The notes under the pieces are model-generated. The model saw only the letters and a list, made by a program, of their open reading frames with translations, was not told the DNA's origin and did not search any database. Shown here piece after piece: positions 1-8,913 of a stretch of 44,271 nucleotides of DNA. A program made the position numbers and the translations under genes. The first letter of the stretch is position 1, and the number at the start of each line of letters is the position of its first letter. The stretch comes from Desulfurococcales archaeon (GTDB lineage: Archaea; Thermoproteota; Thermoprotei_A; Sulfolobales; AG1). The stretch covers positions 1 through 44,271 of the forward strand of contig JAVVGG010000001.1 of NCBI GenBank assembly GCA_032249275.1, written 5' to 3'.

Positions 1-868
1 GCCTAGCATAGCTCATTATGATGAGTCTCATCCTGTGATCCTTGTTCTTTATCTTCCTCAGAGAATTTATCAGCCCTGTGAGATCCTCTCTAGCTACTGC
101 ATATCCAAGCTTCTTAGCAAGCCTCACTATCTCAAGAGATGTTTTTCTAGCCCAGTCCTCCAATATATTCCTAGACTTCCCATGATAGGATGTTATTCTA
201 TTCAGGATCCCTCTTCTCCTCCATACAGGATATCTAATGGGTATTTCCTCTGGAGATTCTCGGCAAACTTCTTCTACCTATGTGCTTCATCGATCTCGGT
301 GTCTTTCTCCTCATTGATCACGTGATCTCCATATACTATCTTCTTTTCATTGATATCTACGGCTATAGCGTCTCTTGGCTGGTAGGGCTGTGGCTTGGGT
401 ATTTTCTTTGATATCCAAAGCATCATCCTATCACCTCTATAGACTAGCCTTGCCCCTCCATTTTCATACTGGTCATATCTCCTATCCCAGCCGATGATCT
501 TAAGTTTAACCCCTCTTATGATCTCCACATAGCCATCTTTCACCCTATACCCCGATCCTGGATGTAGGAGCATTGATAGCTTCCTAACTAGGCCTCCTCC
601 TAGGATTATTCCTCCAAGCATTTGCATTTGCAAGGGCATCCCTATAGCAGTCAATAGCAACCCTGGATGGAAGCCCAAACTATTCCATCAGCTCTCTGTA
701 TAGAGCATTATGAACCCTCCCAATGCTCCTCAAAACAAGGCCCAGGATCTTGTTTATAGCATAGTTGAGAGCAACATTGTATCTCCTGAGGAGCTCTATA
801 GCCCCAGGCTCGGGACTAACCCTCATTCCAATCGAGAGGGTTAGCAAATCCTCACCGCCAGAGGCCAT
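1..868 (-). pseudogene. tnpB: Decayed IS200/IS605-family TnpB (OrfB), running off the left edge
   Basis: The ORF pieces 680..868 and 274..678 join with further frames down to base 1. Motifs: N-terminal LLRRYNVALNYAIN, RuvC-I-like DAIAVDINEKKIVYG, and RuvC-II-like YAVAREDLTGL..KDHRMRLIIMSYAR. There are in-frame TAG stops at 680-682 and 274-276 plus frameshifts. Confidence 0.85.
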
Positions 869-910
869 AGAGCCCCTCCAAAAACAAAAACCTAGAAAAC
901 AAATAAAACC

Positions 911-945
911 ATCCCCGCCCTTCAGGGCGGGGCTTTCAGTTGTAA
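911..945 (-). mobile_element. IS200/IS605 left end: subterminal hairpin preceded by a TTAC tetranucleotide
   Basis: Perfect hairpin CCCCGCCC-TTCA-GGGCGGGG (913-932) about 45 nt upstream of the tnpB start. The minus strand reads TTAC|AACTGAAAGCCCCGCCCTGAAGGGCGGGGA. Confidence 0.75.
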
Positions 946-1059
946 TCAGACCGGAGCTCTACATCATTCTTTCAGAAGCGCCTTGGCCTCTTCACCAAGA
1001 ATTATTATAGAGTACATCAATATAAGCATTCTAGCTACCATAAAAATTAGGTAGGGAAT

Positions 1060-1296
1060 ATGTTGGAAGCAAGAATACTTGATCTAGAGAAGGAGGCCAA
1101 AAGATGCGGAGGAGTTGTAGCGGCAATACTATCAAGCCTGAGAAAAGTTAAAAAAGGCGATAAAATAAGAATAAGTGCTTCAGAAAGCCAGGTTAAGGAG
1201 CTTAACGAGGCAATAGATCTGTTTCTGAGATATGGATTGATACAAGTGGTTAACAAGATATCTGATAGGGAAATTGTTATAGAGAAGATCAAATGA
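1060..1296 (+). CDS. TusA/SirA-like small sulfur-carrier-fold protein
   Basis: 78 aa with the ILDL....C....LRKVKKGDKIRI pattern of the TusA/SirA fold; the canonical CPxP is replaced by CGG. Confidence 0.6.
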   Translation: MLEARILDLEKEAKRCGGVVAAILSSLRKVKKGDKIRISASESQVKELNEAIDLFLRYGLIQVVNKISDREIVIEKIK

Positions 1297-1505
1297 GCAT
1301 AAGGTATCAGAGTTCTGGACTTTAATTATCTATATAGGCTTTAGGTTATAGTTTTGCGAGTTGTAAGTTGATCGCTGATTCGATACAGCTGGATGCCCTA
1401 TTCTATGAGAAGCTTTATAGAGAGAATTCCCTGGCATCCTCAGCATCCTCGAACTGCTAATCATCAAAAAGCATAAGGCTTTTGACAGTTAAAAGTCTAA
1501 TTCTT

Positions 1506-2756
1506 TTAGGATGGAAGGATGCTAACTTTAGCTTTATTAACATATATTATTGTTGGCAACGATAAAATTAAGAAGAGCAAGGCTAGAAGAATCGTCAATA
1601 TTTTGAGACCATATAAGTCAAAGATCTTCCCACCAAGGATTTCGCCCAATCCTATGCCTATACCGAGAACTGTTACGTAGATACCTGAAGAAGGTCCTCT
1701 CCGTCTGCTTTCATCTGTATAATCGGCTAGAAGTGTTATCAGTGTCGGGGGAATAGAGAGGGCAGGTATAGCTATAATTATTATTAGTGGCAGATATAAT
1801 AAAAGATTCTCGTATGTAAAACCCGCTGTAATCAACGCCGCAGGAAAGGATACTGCGCCTAGTATCAATGATCTCCCTTTACCTATTTTCGCAGATATCA
1901 TACTGCCTATCATGATGCCTAGGGAAACACCTAGAAGGGCTAATATGAGTAGCAGCCCGATGCTTGGGTTAGCTCCTATATCTTCGAATGAACCTATATA
2001 GCTGTTAGATATATTAGCTAGAAATGGTATTGAGACCCCTAGCTTCAGCTCACTTAGTATTTTAGGTGAGAGAAAGCCCACCCCGAGAATCATTGCCATT
2101 CCAAACCACATAGGAACTAGGTAAAGAGATCTTCTATCAACTTGATAAATTTTATAGCCTGTCCTCAGCTCCGATCTAGCGACTGTTATGAATATGCTTG
2201 TCACAATCGATACAAATGCCAGTATAGAAGATACCATAAATCCTCTTAGCATTCCTAAGATTTCTAAGAACCCTGCTAAAGCGAAACCCACAGCATATCC
2301 TCCTAGGTTTGATGCTTCAAAACCGCCGACACCGAAGATCCTCTTAGCAGCACTAATCCCCATGGTCCCCTCAGCTACAGCTGATAAAGAGGAAACCAAT
2401 ATCATAGATGCGGACAACCCTGCAAGAGCGTTAAATATAAGTAGATATGAAAAACTAGGTGCTACGTCCATAGCCACGTAGGATAACGAGAGTACAGTTG
2501 ATGCTATTAAAAGAGAAATTCTAAGTCCTAGGACCTCGTATATGACTCCACATAGAAAGCCCGATAACGCTTCAACTATCGAGTAAACTGCCAATAGCTG
2601 GCCTACTGTAGCCGCGCTCAACCCCGGATATGTTAGGGCTATTGACACTATGAACACGGCATTAGCCGCTCTCACAACAGCTACAGAGAGATATACTAGG
2701 AATAACCTGCTTAGATGCAACCACATTATCCTCCTAGGATTTTCTTGATTGCTCAT
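1506..2756 (-). CDS. MFS transporter
   Basis: 416 aa with about 12 hydrophobic segments, motif-A-like GVIYEVLGLR and GSMISAKIGKGR, and LADYTDESRRRG. Confidence 0.85.
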   Translation of the reverse strand: MSNQENPRRIMWLHLSRLFLVYLSVAVVRAANAVFIVSIALTYPGLSAATVGQLLAVYSIVEALSGFLCGVIYEVLGLRISLLIASTVLSLSYVAMDVAPSFSYLLIFNALAGLSASMILVSSLSAVAEGTMGISAAKRIFGVGGFEASNLGGYAVGFALAGFLEILGMLRGFMVSSILAFVSIVTSIFITVARSELRTGYKIYQVDRRSLYLVPMWFGMAMILGVGFLSPKILSELKLGVSIPFLANISNSYIGSFEDIGANPSIGLLLILALLGVSLGIMIGSMISAKIGKGRSLILGAVSFPAALITAGFTYENLLLYLPLIIIIAIPALSIPPTLITLLADYTDESRRRGPSSGIYVTVLGIGIGLGEILGGKIFDLYGLKILTILLALLFLILSLPTIIYVNKAKVSILPS

Positions 2757-3067
2757 ATTTAAAAATTAGAGAATCATGTCTAGCTCGTTGAATATATAAT
2801 CATGGTTTGTCATAGCTTCTAAAAGCTATCTAAGGGGATTCGAATTTCACATAACTTTATCGTATTTATGCCCCACCATGTTCTAGGATCTAGATATCCC
2901 TATGAGCCTACTTAGATTTTCACCTCTACCCGTATCGTAGGGGCCACAGAGAAATTTGCTACCTATATCAATACGAAACCTAAAATAGCTTGTGAAAGAT
3001 ATCCTAAGGATAATCTTAACCCTAATCTTAGAGGCCTCACCTATAACCTTAAGCCAAACCCTCAGCT

Positions 3068-3123
3068 GGTGGATTCAGATGATGAGACTAGGCGATGAAA
3101 GCCCTGCCCGATGCTAATGAAGC
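3068..3123 (+). repeat. Dispersed motif, copy 1 (copy 2 at 23990-24044); probable tnpB 3'-end/omega-RNA remnant
   Basis: GGTGGAT..AGATGATG-N11-TGAAAGCCCT.CCCGATGC..ATGAAGC is shared by both loci. Confidence 0.6.
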
Positions 3124-3232
3124 CAGGAGAAGAGGGCTTGATAAATACCAGCCCAATAAAACAGAACTCCCTTAGGGAAAATAAGGTTAGAAGATACAGG
3201 TATCTTATCTACTGAGGAGGTTGAAGTTAGAG

Positions 3233-3341
3233 CTAATCCCTCCCCCGCTCTAAGGGGAGCTCCACTCTTCATATAGAGATAGAGAATATAGAGCTCATAG
3301 ATCTTTATCCCTGCCCTGAAAAGCTAGATTTTCGATTGTAA
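3233..3341. mobile_element. Degenerate IS200/IS605-type end sequences (MITE-like debris)
   Basis: 3235-3270 matches the reverse complement of 35591-35628. 3308-3341 is a decayed copy of the 911-945 left end, also ending in GTAA (TTAC on the minus strand). Confidence 0.55.
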
Positions 3342-3399
3342 AAAAGAAGGAGGCGAAGCCTGTCTATAGGAGGAGCACAGTGATGCTACGGATATCTAA

Positions 3400-3830
3400 G
3401 AAGATACTGAGACCCAAGCCCAACTAGCCAAAGGATGTTATAGCTATGAGGCACTCAGGAAATTATTAAAGGATCACAGAACAAGGCTTATTATATTGGG
3501 CTATGCAAGGCTTAGAAAACAGATCGATTGGCATCCTATGAAGCACAGAGCATGCTGGCAATAGTAGATCCTAGGGGATCTCCTCTGAATGCTCGCTATG
3601 CGACGTAGAGATAGTTGAGATCGGATATAGAAAGCTGAGATACCCTGGATACAGGTTCGGAAGCTTATAGAGACGTGGTTAGGAAGTTCAACACAAGGAA
3701 GAGGGTCTTCAAGATCCTGGGGATCAAAATAGATTTCAGAAAGCTCTAATCCCCGTGCTGTCCCTCAAATAACAGATGTAGACCTGAATAGATGGGGGGA
3801 GCCGATGAACAGCTAAAAAGTGTAGGGTTG
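3400..3830 (+). pseudogene. tnpB: Decayed TnpB C-terminal half
   Basis: Frameshifted fragments: KDHRTRLIILGYARLRKQIDW (homologous to KDHRMRLIIMSYAR at 1-45), IVDPRG.S.EC..C, GYRKLR, RDVVRKFNTRKRVFKILG and PQITDVDLNRWGEPMN, the last typical of crenarchaeal TnpB C-termini. Confidence 0.75.
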
Positions 3831-4093
3831 AAAGCATATAAAAGTAGAGATCACAAACCCGCCTAGTACAGCGGGTAGGATTGGAAATCGATAGAAGGGG
3901 GTCAGACGCTCTAGGAAGGCTAGCTCTCGAAGGATAGGTGGATAGGTTAGATAGAGGTTAATGAGGTGAAAAGAGAAGCCCAATGAAAGTGAACACTTGC
4001 GTTTCGACTCCTATAAGTATCATTAATTACTTGTTATAGCTAGTCTCATATCAACTAATATCCCCCGGTGTGAATTATTAATTGTGAAGACTC

Positions 4094-5470
4094 TTGAGAA
4101 CTAAAATAATAACCTCTATTGGGCCATCATCCAAAAGCCAAGAGATCTTGAGGGAGTTTTATAGATTAGGTGTTAGATGTATGAGGATAAACTTCGCTCA
4201 TGGAGAGACCAAATTCTGGGGAGAGATAGTGAGTGCCATAAGGGATCTAGAAGCATTGGTAAGGGATTATATATGCCTAATAGGGGATCTTCCGGGACCC
4301 TCCATAAGGTTAGGCGACTTTGGAGAGCTTTCGTTTAAAAGAGGAAGTAAGATCGTGTTTTCAAACACCGGAGATGGCATTCCTGTACGTGATATCGAGT
4401 TCTACGAATTGGCTGACGAAGGCGATATAATATTGCTCGACGATGGTAGAGTAGTACTAGAAGTTGTATCTTCTAGCTGGGAAAGGGTAGAGACTATAGC
4501 ACTAACCGACGGGATCCTTAGATCCGGGAAAGGGCTTGCGATCAGAGGTAAAGAGATGAGCTCTCAAATCCTGAGGGAGAGAGATCTAGAGGCTCTTAGG
4601 TTTTCTATTGAAAATAGCTTCTCATACGTAGGCGCTAGTCATGTGAGGAGCCCTGAGGATCTTAGGGTTGTAAGGAAAACGATACAAAGTTTAGGCGGAA
4701 AGCAGAAAATTCTAGCAAAGATAGAGAATATGAGTGCGGTTAAAAACATAGAATCCATAGCTGAGGAAGCAGATGGAATTGTGATTGCTAGAGGTGATTT
4801 GGGGATGAATGTAGGTTTAGAAGAGATCCCAGCGATCCAAAGAAAAGTCATTAATATATGCCGTGAAATGGGAAAGCCTTGTATAGTTGCAACCCAGATC
4901 CTTGAATCTATGATGAGCTCTCCGGTTCCCACAAGAGCTGAGGTTGGAGATCTCTATAACGTAGTAGCACAGGGGGTTGACGGGATAATGCTAACGGGCG
5001 AAACTGCTGTAGGTATATATCCTATAGATGCTGTTAAATGGGCAAAGAAGGTTATAGAGAGAGCTGAAAAAGATCCAGAAATCATATATAGAGACCTAGA
5101 ACCAAAAGAACTTGCATCCAATACTGGAAAGAAGAGTAGGTTTCCATATGGAATCTATAAGCTTTCTGAAAGCATGCAAGCTCCCATAGTGATAATAGAC
5201 GAAAATCTTAAGAATGCCACCATGATTTCTGTGAATAAGCCAAAACATAGAATCTATTTCATCACAAACAACATAGATTTGTATAGGCAGGCACATCTAC
5301 TCTGGGGTGTAGAACCGATTTATATTAAAGATCTCTCAGGTGACCGTGACATAATTCAATACATAAAAGAGAAGATCTTGAAAGAGACATCAGAATCAAA
5401 TCCATATGACAAGCTACTACTGATAAACAATATTTCGAATAAGAAGAGCATAGAAATAGTAGAACTGTAG
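4094..5470 (+). CDS. pyk: Pyruvate kinase
   Basis: RTKIITSIGPSS, RINFAHG, LAKIEN, IARGDLG, ATQILESM, PTRAEVGD and MLTGETAVG motifs. Confidence 0.97.
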   Translation: MRTKIITSIGPSSKSQEILREFYRLGVRCMRINFAHGETKFWGEIVSAIRDLEALVRDYICLIGDLPGPSIRLGDFGELSFKRGSKIVFSNTGDGIPVRDIEFYELADEGDIILLDDGRVVLEVVSSSWERVETIALTDGILRSGKGLAIRGKEMSSQILRERDLEALRFSIENSFSYVGASHVRSPEDLRVVRKTIQSLGGKQKILAKIENMSAVKNIESIAEEADGIVIARGDLGMNVGLEEIPAIQRKVINICREMGKPCIVATQILESMMSSPVPTRAEVGDLYNVVAQGVDGIMLTGETAVGIYPIDAVKWAKKVIERAEKDPEIIYRDLEPKELASNTGKKSRFPYGIYKLSESMQAPIVIIDENLKNATMISVNKPKHRIYFITNNIDLYRQAHLLWGVEPIYIKDLSGDRDIIQYIKEKILKETSESNPYDKLLLINNISNKKSIEIVEL

Positions 5471-5621
5471 ATAGATCGGGAGATGTCTTCTCTCTATACC
5501 TTAGAGGACAGAGTTCTTCAACTATAATAGAAGAGCTTTTATAGCTTAGTACAGCCGAAAGTCTCGCAATTTAAGGCTAGTGGGTCAGTAAGCTTATAAG
5601 CCACCGTAGATATATATTATT

Positions 5622-5775
5622 GAGTCGTATCCCCAAGTCCCGCAATATGCGGGATAGGGGTAACGCGCCTAAAACCAGGCGCAGGGCTAAACCATGCAAT
5701 AGCATGGGATGTAGCCTCAAACCTATCCACCTAGGGGAGCTTCTCTCCTCCAAGGTGGATAGGTTTGAGGCTAGA
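5622..5775 (+). ncRNA. Candidate structured ncRNA resembling a tnpB 3' end (omega-RNA-like)
   Basis: Four consecutive hairpins (5638-5654, 5665-5682, 5692-5707, and a perfect 21-bp stem 5712-5732/5753-5773). TATA-like AAGCTTATAAG at 5590-5600. GGGATAGGGGTAA resembles tnpB 3'-end sequences. Confidence 0.5.
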
Positions 5776-5809
5776 CGAAGTCTAACGAAAAATATGAGGG
5801 GGAGGAAAG

Positions 5810-6424
5810 ATGGATCAGGTGCAGGCTAAACAGGTCCCTCCAGGGCAGAGATATATACCTAGATTTATAATATATGCGGAGTTTGGGATCCCGAAGGTTG
5901 ATATAGGGAAATATAAATTAAAAGTCGAGGGGCTTGTGGAGAGGAGGCTGGAGCTCAACTATGAGGATCTGAAAAAGCTGGTTGACCTCGAGTATGTCTC
6001 GGATTTTCACTGTGTTACAGGTTGGAGCGTTGCTGATGTTAGGTGGAGGGGTGTATCTCTGAGGAAGATCATGGATATGGCTGGGGTGAAGAACGATGCT
6101 AGGTGGCTATTTACAATCAGCTTAGACGGATATACAACAACTATTTCTATAGAGGATGCTAGAGATCCAAGAGCTATGATTGTCATTGAAATCAACGGGA
6201 AGCCTTTAACCATTGAACAGGGATTCCCAGCCAGGATCTTTATACCCCATCTCTATGGCTGGAAAGGGGCTAAATGGATCGAGAGACTTGTCTTCATAGA
6301 CCACTATGTTGATGGATATTGGGAGGAGCGCGGCTACCATGAGAGAGGCAATGTTTGGGAGGAGGAGAGATTTAAAGGATCTAGTGGAAGACATCTCAGA
6401 AGACGTGTAGCTGGTTTCACATGA
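5810..6424 (+). CDS. Sulfite oxidase-like molybdopterin oxidoreductase (YuiH/MsrP-like)
   Basis: PPGQR, DFHCVTGWS (Mo-ligand Cys), GFPAR, YGWKGAKW and GYWEERGYH motifs. Confidence 0.92.
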   Translation: MDQVQAKQVPPGQRYIPRFIIYAEFGIPKVDIGKYKLKVEGLVERRLELNYEDLKKLVDLEYVSDFHCVTGWSVADVRWRGVSLRKIMDMAGVKNDARWLFTISLDGYTTTISIEDARDPRAMIVIEINGKPLTIEQGFPARIFIPHLYGWKGAKWIERLVFIDHYVDGYWEERGYHERGNVWEEERFKGSSGRHLRRRVAGFT

Positions 6425-6480
6425 CCCTCTTCCCACCCTTCTAGGGCGGGGTTTCCACCGCTGTGATCTCTGGCATTACC
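6421..6480 (-). mobile_element. IS200/IS605 right end
   Basis: The minus strand reads GGAAACCCCGCCCTAGAAGGGTGGGAAGAGGGTCAT (hairpin plus TCA terminus). Homologous to 18820-18880, which abuts a tnpB 3' end, and to 44210-44271. Confidence 0.65.
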
Positions 6481-6665
6481 CTTCCATGCGGAATTAGCTC
6501 TTTCCACGATCATCGGAGTGGGGGATAATTGGTGGGGAATCCTCCCCTACCAGGTCATCGAGGGCTTGAGCCCTAGAAATTAACCCACACCTTGGGGCTT
6601 AAAATCGAAGAATCCTCTCTAACTCTCTTTAAGCAGGAAGAGATTCAGTTATGGTTGTTTTAAAA

Positions 6666-7745
6666 CTATTTTTGGATAAGCCGGAGGGCTATATAGACTC
6701 TCGAGAGACTTCCATGAACATATTGTGTGCTGAAGAATATCATTCTATAATGAGGATTTTCTCTGATGAAGTTTTTAAGCAGCCTAAACTGATCTAGAGA
6801 TATTGCTAGAATGACTATAGAGCCTTCTCTAAGTAGATCCATAGCTCTGTTAAGAAATAATATGGGTAGCTTAAGTGTTTCACTACTATAGACTCTGCTT
6901 CTCCTTCCATAAGGAAGATCTGATATAATGGCATCTGCACATTCCCTTCGAAAGGCCGGGTGCATAGCGTCCGCCACCACTGGATCGAAGATACATTGAC
7001 GCTTAACTATTCTTTTAGAGACAACAGTCTTTTTAACATCTATATCGCTTCCAACGACAACTCTAGGAGATGTTCTGGCACATAGCTCATCTAATATATA
7101 GCCATAGCCGCAGAACAGATCGAGGATAGTTTTCTCCTTGCCACATAAGTACCTGCATATATTAGCCATGAAAGCTATATCTTCTTTCCTCATATATTTT
7201 TTATCCTCAACATCTTCTACATATTTCATCCTAGTAGCAATAGGATATCCAATTACTACTATATTTCCCACTACTATTGAAAGCCTATCAGGACATTCTG
7301 ATCTATTATTGACGTTCCTAACCTCTTCTGAATCTTTGCTAAACATCTCTTTTTGGTTTCTCAATATCTCATCTATGATTAATGCATAATCACAATTTGC
7401 CCTCCTCCTACCGAGACTATATATTTTAAGATCTATTTTAGACCTACATTTGAAGAAACCTTTTAAAGATCTGATCGCTGTATAGGGAGTGAATCCATTC
7501 TTAAAAAGCCCCATATATAATGGAACACCTACTTCCTTTATATAGGCTAGTGTAATATCGCTGAGATCCTCAATAGGAAAACTAAGCCTGGCAACAGCTA
7601 GTCCTGGCTCTACATGGAGTAGAAAATACTCCCCTCCAATCATTCCAAGCATATTCAGCATCTCTATATAAGACAGCTCCGGATGATCTTGAGATAGGAG
7701 GAAATAGTACTCGGTATGTTTCATATTAGATGTTGAGAGCGCCAT
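6666..7745 (-). CDS. SAM-dependent amino-methyltransferase, Trm11/TrmG10-like (probable tRNA m2G methyltransferase)
   Basis: N-terminal YFLLSQDHPELS..E, SAM motif LDLFCGYG, GSDID, and motif IV SDLPYG. Confidence 0.7.
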   Translation of the reverse strand: MALSTSNMKHTEYYFLLSQDHPELSYIEMLNMLGMIGGEYFLLHVEPGLAVARLSFPIEDLSDITLAYIKEVGVPLYMGLFKNGFTPYTAIRSLKGFFKCRSKIDLKIYSLGRRRANCDYALIIDEILRNQKEMFSKDSEEVRNVNNRSECPDRLSIVVGNIVVIGYPIATRMKYVEDVEDKKYMRKEDIAFMANICRYLCGKEKTILDLFCGYGYILDELCARTSPRVVVGSDIDVKKTVVSKRIVKRQCIFDPVVADAMHPAFRRECADAIISDLPYGRRSRVYSSETLKLPILFLNRAMDLLREGSIVILAISLDQFRLLKNFIRENPHYRMIFFSTQYVHGSLSRVYIALRLIQK

Positions 7746-8068
7746 ATCTCAACACCTGACTATTTGCTACCATTAAACAATCTCCTCCACATTTTAACTT
7801 TAAAAGTGGAAATTCCTAAGACCTACTATAGGTGACAACCTCTACAGACCTATTTACGGCTGAAGTCTATTTTTCTAGTGATAAGAAAAACAAACCTAAT
7901 GATCCCTTTAAGATACTCTCTTACATTGCTAAACCTTTCTTGGCTATAGGGAGTTCCCACGAAAAGTACAAAACAGGATTTAAGGACTAGTATCTCTGTT
8001 AGAAGATTATTTAGAACCTATGATTATGGTTATTATCTTGAGTGATACCATATATATGGTGTGTATAT

Positions 8069-8341
8069 ATGGACGAGAAACCCTCAGAAGGTATTTCCAT
8101 AATATGTATAAGGGATCGTGGCGCCTCAGGCTATGAGGTAAAAATAGCTATATATAAGACGTTAATTGGGTCTAAAATCTACGAGGAGATACACACAGCT
8201 AAAGATCTGAGACTTGATATAAGGGGAAAAGTGATGAAGATCGGGAATAAGGAGATATATCTAGTATCAGAAGAACCCGTTCTAGGCATATTTAGAGGAA
8301 CTGGGGAGCTATATATATCCAGAATGGTTGGAAAAAGTTGA
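8069..8341 (+). CDS. Hypothetical protein
   Basis: ORF coupled to the next gene (TTGA overlap). ATG 8069 preferred over GTG 8042. No motif recognised. Confidence 0.6.
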   Translation: MDEKPSEGISIICIRDRGASGYEVKIAIYKTLIGSKIYEEIHTAKDLRLDIRGKVMKIGNKEIYLVSEEPVLGIFRGTGELYISRMVGKS

Positions 8342-8892
8342 AGAGATACTTATTCATATCCAAGAATAGCTTTGGCTATAGACCCTGTGATAGAGAGTAT
8401 CTACTAGGTCTTCTCAGATGCTGCGCGAAGACCCCGAATATAAGGATCGCTTCTAGACATGTTGAAATAGAGGTTTGGGATCCAGATCTTCCCACAGTAG
8501 TAGCCCTCATAAGAGGGGTCGTGGGAGAAATAATTCTCTGGAGATCTCTAGGAGAAGAGATAGTGCAGCACTACACAGCAAATATGCCTGAGATCTTAAG
8601 GAGATTTGTAGATCTATTTAATGAGGAGAGATTCTGGGAAGCCCATGAAGCTCTTGAACCTCTCTGGAGATCAACAGGAGAAAGGGTTCTACAGGGTCTT
8701 ATCCTAGTTGCAGCCTCCTTCGTGAAGATCCAAGAAAGTAAGGTTGAAGAATTCAAGGTATTAGCGAAGAAAGCCCTTACAATGCTTAATAATATGTCCA
8801 GATATATGTGTATAGATATTAGCAGGGTTAGAGAAACCCTGAAGGTCTCTATAGAGACCTTCTCTCCCTTTAAAATAACATGCAATGAGTAG
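8338..8892 (+). CDS. DUF309 domain protein
   Basis: LFNEERFWEAHEALEPLW...LQGLILVAA signature. Confidence 0.85.
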   Translation: MKRYLFISKNSFGYRPCDREYLLGLLRCCAKTPNIRIASRHVEIEVWDPDLPTVVALIRGVVGEIILWRSLGEEIVQHYTANMPEILRRFVDLFNEERFWEAHEALEPLWRSTGERVLQGLILVAASFVKIQESKVEEFKVLAKKALTMLNNMSRYMCIDISRVRETLKVSIETFSPFKITCNE

Positions 8893-8913
8893 CTATTAAA
8901 GATCATCGGAAAG

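Noticed and set aside
5620-5829. 69-aa basic ORF
   Set aside because: It coincides with the hairpin array and is better explained as a tnpB 3'-end/RNA remnant.
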